Assembly (NCBI GenBank): GCA_030583845.1
Contig: CP129478.1
Coordinates: 907,686-971,685 of the forward strand
From: Candidatus Dojkabacteria bacterium
Lineage (GTDB): Bacteria > Patescibacteriota > Dojkabacteria > SC72 > JAHDCA01
Direction: 5' to 3'
DNA: 64,000 nucleotides
Part shown: one piece after another, positions 61,489 to 64,000 of the stretch
Layout of the letters: each line of letters begins with the position of its first letter
How positions within the stretch are numbered: position 1 is the stretch's first letter
The notes under the pieces: model-generated
Told to the model about the DNA's origin: nothing
The model's database searches: none
Seen by the model: the letters and a program-made list of their open reading frames with translations, nothing else
Translations under genes and position numbers: made by a program

Positions 61489-62799
61489 ATGACTCATAGA
61501 TTGAAGATCGAAAAATTGAATGAGAAAGGATACGGCGTTGCTCATCTGGATGGGGTGAGGTACTTTGTTGCTGGTGTGCTGCCTGGTGAGCTGGTTGATG
61601 CTGAGGTTGTAACAAAGAAAAAGGGGACAAGGTATACCAAGGCTGTGCTGATTGTTGAGAAAAACAAAAATCGTGTATTGCCAAAAGATCAGGAAAGCTA
61701 TCTTTCAACCTCACCCTATCAAATTATGGCACAAGGTTATGAAAACGAAATTAAAAAAGAGCTAATCCAAAATCTCTTCACTGAGATTGCAGATACACAG
61801 CTACCCGATTCTGATGTAATTGCCTCGGACAAAGAGTATAAGTATCGCAATAAGTTCGAGTTCTCATTCTACATAGATGCAGAGGAGGCAATATCCCTAG
61901 CCTTTCATAAACGCGATAGCCATAGAGGCAAGCAACCAGTAGATACAGTCGCGCTAGCGCCAGATAGAGTGAATGATTTCATGAAGCAGTTCATTAAAGA
62001 GGTAAACCAACTCCACAAGGCAGGCAAGTTGCAATTTGCGGATCTAAAGTCGCTTGTCGTACGATACTCATTTCATGAAGACAAAATCGTATATGCACTC
62101 TATCTTAAGAATGAGATCAAGGCCCTAGAATTTAATGAAACAGATACCGAGCAGTACGTTAAAGGGTCAATTCAGCTCTATTCAGATCCTCGAAGCCCAG
62201 CCTCCGTTGCCTCGGGAGAGATCAGCAGAAGCGGAGAGCTAGAGCTTATTGAAAAAGTAGGGGATTACAGCTTCGTGTATGGATATGATTCGTTCTTCCA
62301 AGTAAACCCACAACTTTTTGCTCAAACAGTTTCTGATATCAAAGAGTATCTTGCGAAGCAATCTAATAGAAACCATCTTTATGATCTCTACTCTGGCGTT
62401 GGTACAATCGGCATATCGCTCGCCGATATGTATGACACAGTTAGTCTGCTTGAGCTCTCCGAAGACTCTCCAATTTATGCCAAAAAATCAGCCGAATTAA
62501 ATGACATCAGCAATGTCACAGCCGTCGCAGGCAAGGTTGAAGCGAATCTAGATTCAATTGACCGAGGAAAATCGCACGTTGTTGTTGACCCGCCTAGGTC
62601 TGGTTTACACCTGAAATTGGTTGAGAAATTGCTCGAGCTAAAGCCACAATTGTTGATCTATCTCTCCTGCAATCCGAAAACTCAGGCAGAAGACTATAGG
62701 AAGCTTAGCCAGATTTATGATATAAAATTTAACAGGGCGTACAACTATTATCCAAAAACGCCGCATGTAGAAAATCTGTTAATACTTGAACCAAGATGA
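61489..62799 (+). CDS. TRAM-domain RNA (uracil-5)-methyltransferase (RlmD/TrmA family)
   Basis: 436 aa; N-terminal TRAM OB-fold and C-terminal SAM-MTase motifs 'LYSGVGTIGISLA' and 'VVVDPPRSGL'. No Fe-S Cys cluster is obvious. Confidence 0.75.
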   Translation: MTHRLKIEKLNEKGYGVAHLDGVRYFVAGVLPGELVDAEVVTKKKGTRYTKAVLIVEKNKNRVLPKDQESYLSTSPYQIMAQGYENEIKKELIQNLFTEIADTQLPDSDVIASDKEYKYRNKFEFSFYIDAEEAISLAFHKRDSHRGKQPVDTVALAPDRVNDFMKQFIKEVNQLHKAGKLQFADLKSLVVRYSFHEDKIVYALYLKNEIKALEFNETDTEQYVKGSIQLYSDPRSPASVASGEISRSGELELIEKVGDYSFVYGYDSFFQVNPQLFAQTVSDIKEYLAKQSNRNHLYDLYSGVGTIGISLADMYDTVSLLELSEDSPIYAKKSAELNDISNVTAVAGKVEANLDSIDRGKSHVVVDPPRSGLHLKLVEKLLELKPQLLIYLSCNPKTQAEDYRKLSQIYDIKFNRAYNYYPKTPHVENLLILEPR

Positions 62800-63551
62800 A
62801 GCTTCTTACATTCAACGTAAAGCTAAGTACGTATGTAGACGAGATAATCGCCACGATCGACTCAGTCATGAACGGCGATCAGCCCGATTATATCTGCTTG
62901 CAGGAATATCAGCCGAACAAGCAGCTTGAGAAATATCTCACCGAGAAAGGTTATAGATATTCAACATTCGAGTATCTATTTAAAGAGCGGAAGCAGTGGC
63001 ATCAAAATCTTCTCACCGCTTATCGCAAAGATATCGACCTCCTAAACACATATACAACAATATTAAATGAATCAAAATTACTCGGAGAAACCAAAGGGGT
63101 AATGATAATGGAGGTAAATAGAGATGGTCAGAAAGAGTTTGTTGTTAATGTCCACCTGCCGATATTGCGCAAAGACACTGTCAAATTTGAAGACCTGATA
63201 GGCTTTGTTAATGAGAATACTGGCTCACTTAACTACCCGGTTTATATCTGCGGTGATTTCAATAGCGTACGCAAGAAATCTCACGATATGCTGGTAAAAC
63301 TGATGGAGGACAGTGGCTTCAAAAATGTTTGCCCGAGCAAGGAGACATTTAGCTATCTTACAAATAGCGAGATCCGAACAGAACGAAAGCACATAGACCC
63401 AATTCTAGACAAGATTAAGTTCAAGAACGACTGGATATTTGCGAACCTTAAAGCCCTTGAAAACATGAGCGTCTACTCGCAGATATTGCACAATGCTTTG
63501 GGATCAGACCATGACCCAGTTTACCTCGAGCTTGAGAAGCAGGCGGCCTAG
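62796..63551 (+). CDS. Endonuclease/exonuclease/phosphatase (EEP) family protein
   Basis: 251 aa; 'YICLQEY', 'ICGDFNS' and 'GSDHDPVYLEL' catalytic motifs. Confidence 0.7.
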   Translation: MKLLTFNVKLSTYVDEIIATIDSVMNGDQPDYICLQEYQPNKQLEKYLTEKGYRYSTFEYLFKERKQWHQNLLTAYRKDIDLLNTYTTILNESKLLGETKGVMIMEVNRDGQKEFVVNVHLPILRKDTVKFEDLIGFVNENTGSLNYPVYICGDFNSVRKKSHDMLVKLMEDSGFKNVCPSKETFSYLTNSEIRTERKHIDPILDKIKFKNDWIFANLKALENMSVYSQILHNALGSDHDPVYLELEKQAA

Positions 63552-63599
63552 GAGTATTATCAGCCTGGGATTGGCAATTACTAACCCCATTGCTAACTT

Positions 63600-64000
63600 A
63601 TGATTCTTTCACAGATGTTTGGAACATCACTCGCCGACACGATTTATCAAAGATTTTACAAGCCTCATCTTTTTAGGCAGGATCCAGAGACGGTACACGA
63701 TAAGCACTTGCATTCCGGTACTATACTTGGGAAATCAGCTGTTACTCGCGGCCTTACCTCGTTTGCTTTCAGTTATAGTAATCCGGCGCTTCAGTGCGAA
63801 TTTGATGGCGTAAAATATCTGAATCCTGTGGGGCTCTCCGCCGGCTTTGATAAAGATGCAAACCTGATGAGCATAATGCCTTCGGTAGGATTTGGCTTTA
63901 TGGATGTAGGCTCTGTGACATATAAGCCGTATGAGGGTAATCCACAGCCCAGGCTATACAGGCTGCCTAAGTCAGAAGCCTTGGTTGTCTATTACGGCCT
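63600..64000 (+). CDS. pyrD: Dihydroorotate dehydrogenase, N-terminal part (continues beyond window)
   Basis: Manual translation from ATG 63600 gives '…IYQRFYKPHLFRQDPETVHDKHL…NPVGLSAGFDKDANLMSIMPSVGFGFMDVGSVTYKPYEGNPQPRLYRLP…', the DHOD N-terminus. The open frame runs to the window edge. The track ORF 63619..63813 is in a different frame and is rejected. Confidence 0.75.
   Translation, partial: MILSQMFGTSLADTIYQRFYKPHLFRQDPETVHDKHLHSGTILGKSAVTRGLTSFAFSYSNPALQCEFDGVKYLNPVGLSAGFDKDANLMSIMPSVGFGFMDVGSVTYKPYEGNPQPRLYRLPKSEALVVYYG

Overview
This 64 kb window is gene-dense, moderately AT-rich bacterial chromosome. The gene content is consistent with, but does not prove, a small-genome fermentative lineage such as a Patescibacteria/CPR-like organism. 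I could not run any database searches. About 60 CDS are supported, plus four tRNAs: Gly-CCC, Lys-TTT, Gly-TCC and Gln-TTG. Recognisable housekeeping genes include rnhB-yraN, htpX, mnmA, rplS, dnaE, uvrC, uvrB, mutL, an ECF-type sigma factor with a downstream membrane protein, two SDR oxidoreductases, an FKBP isomerase, an Fe/Mn superoxide dismutase, flavodoxin and the 5' end of pyrD. An nrdR / nrdD (class III RNR) / nrdG cluster is present. A pyruvate-to-acetate energy module is present: a fused gamma-alpha 2-oxoacid:ferredoxin oxidoreductase subunit plus beta subunit, and an ADP-forming acetyl-CoA synthetase. A polyprenol-linked glycosylation set is present: flippase-like protein, GT2, GT-C ArnT/PMT-like, WecG/TagA-like and a DUF368 protein. 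The observations most worth a second look are listed here. (1) nrdD stops prematurely at two in-frame stop codons, and its glycyl-radical motif (EVYSRVVGYLRPV) is encoded by a separate 43-codon ORF in the same frame just downstream. (2) The 3' tail of nrdD is built from a short palindromic/tandem repeat that recurs in an intergenic hairpin array at 34.35 kb. (3) A roughly 200 bp GC-rich tandem element with compensatory base changes in a stem lies between tRNA-Gln and nrdR. (4) A five-gene operon of secreted or membrane-anchored proteins includes a transglutaminase-like protein with no cysteine at the nucleophile position and a cupin with cPGI-like similarity whose metal ligands are not conserved. 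(5) A CooC-type (CxC motif) ATPase, an unknown protein and a fused DUF1007 / NicO-type metal permease form a cluster. (6) Three +1 frameshifts interrupt two central-metabolism genes, gpmI once and the OFOR alpha subunit twice. No CRISPR array, cas gene, transposase or integrase was recognised.
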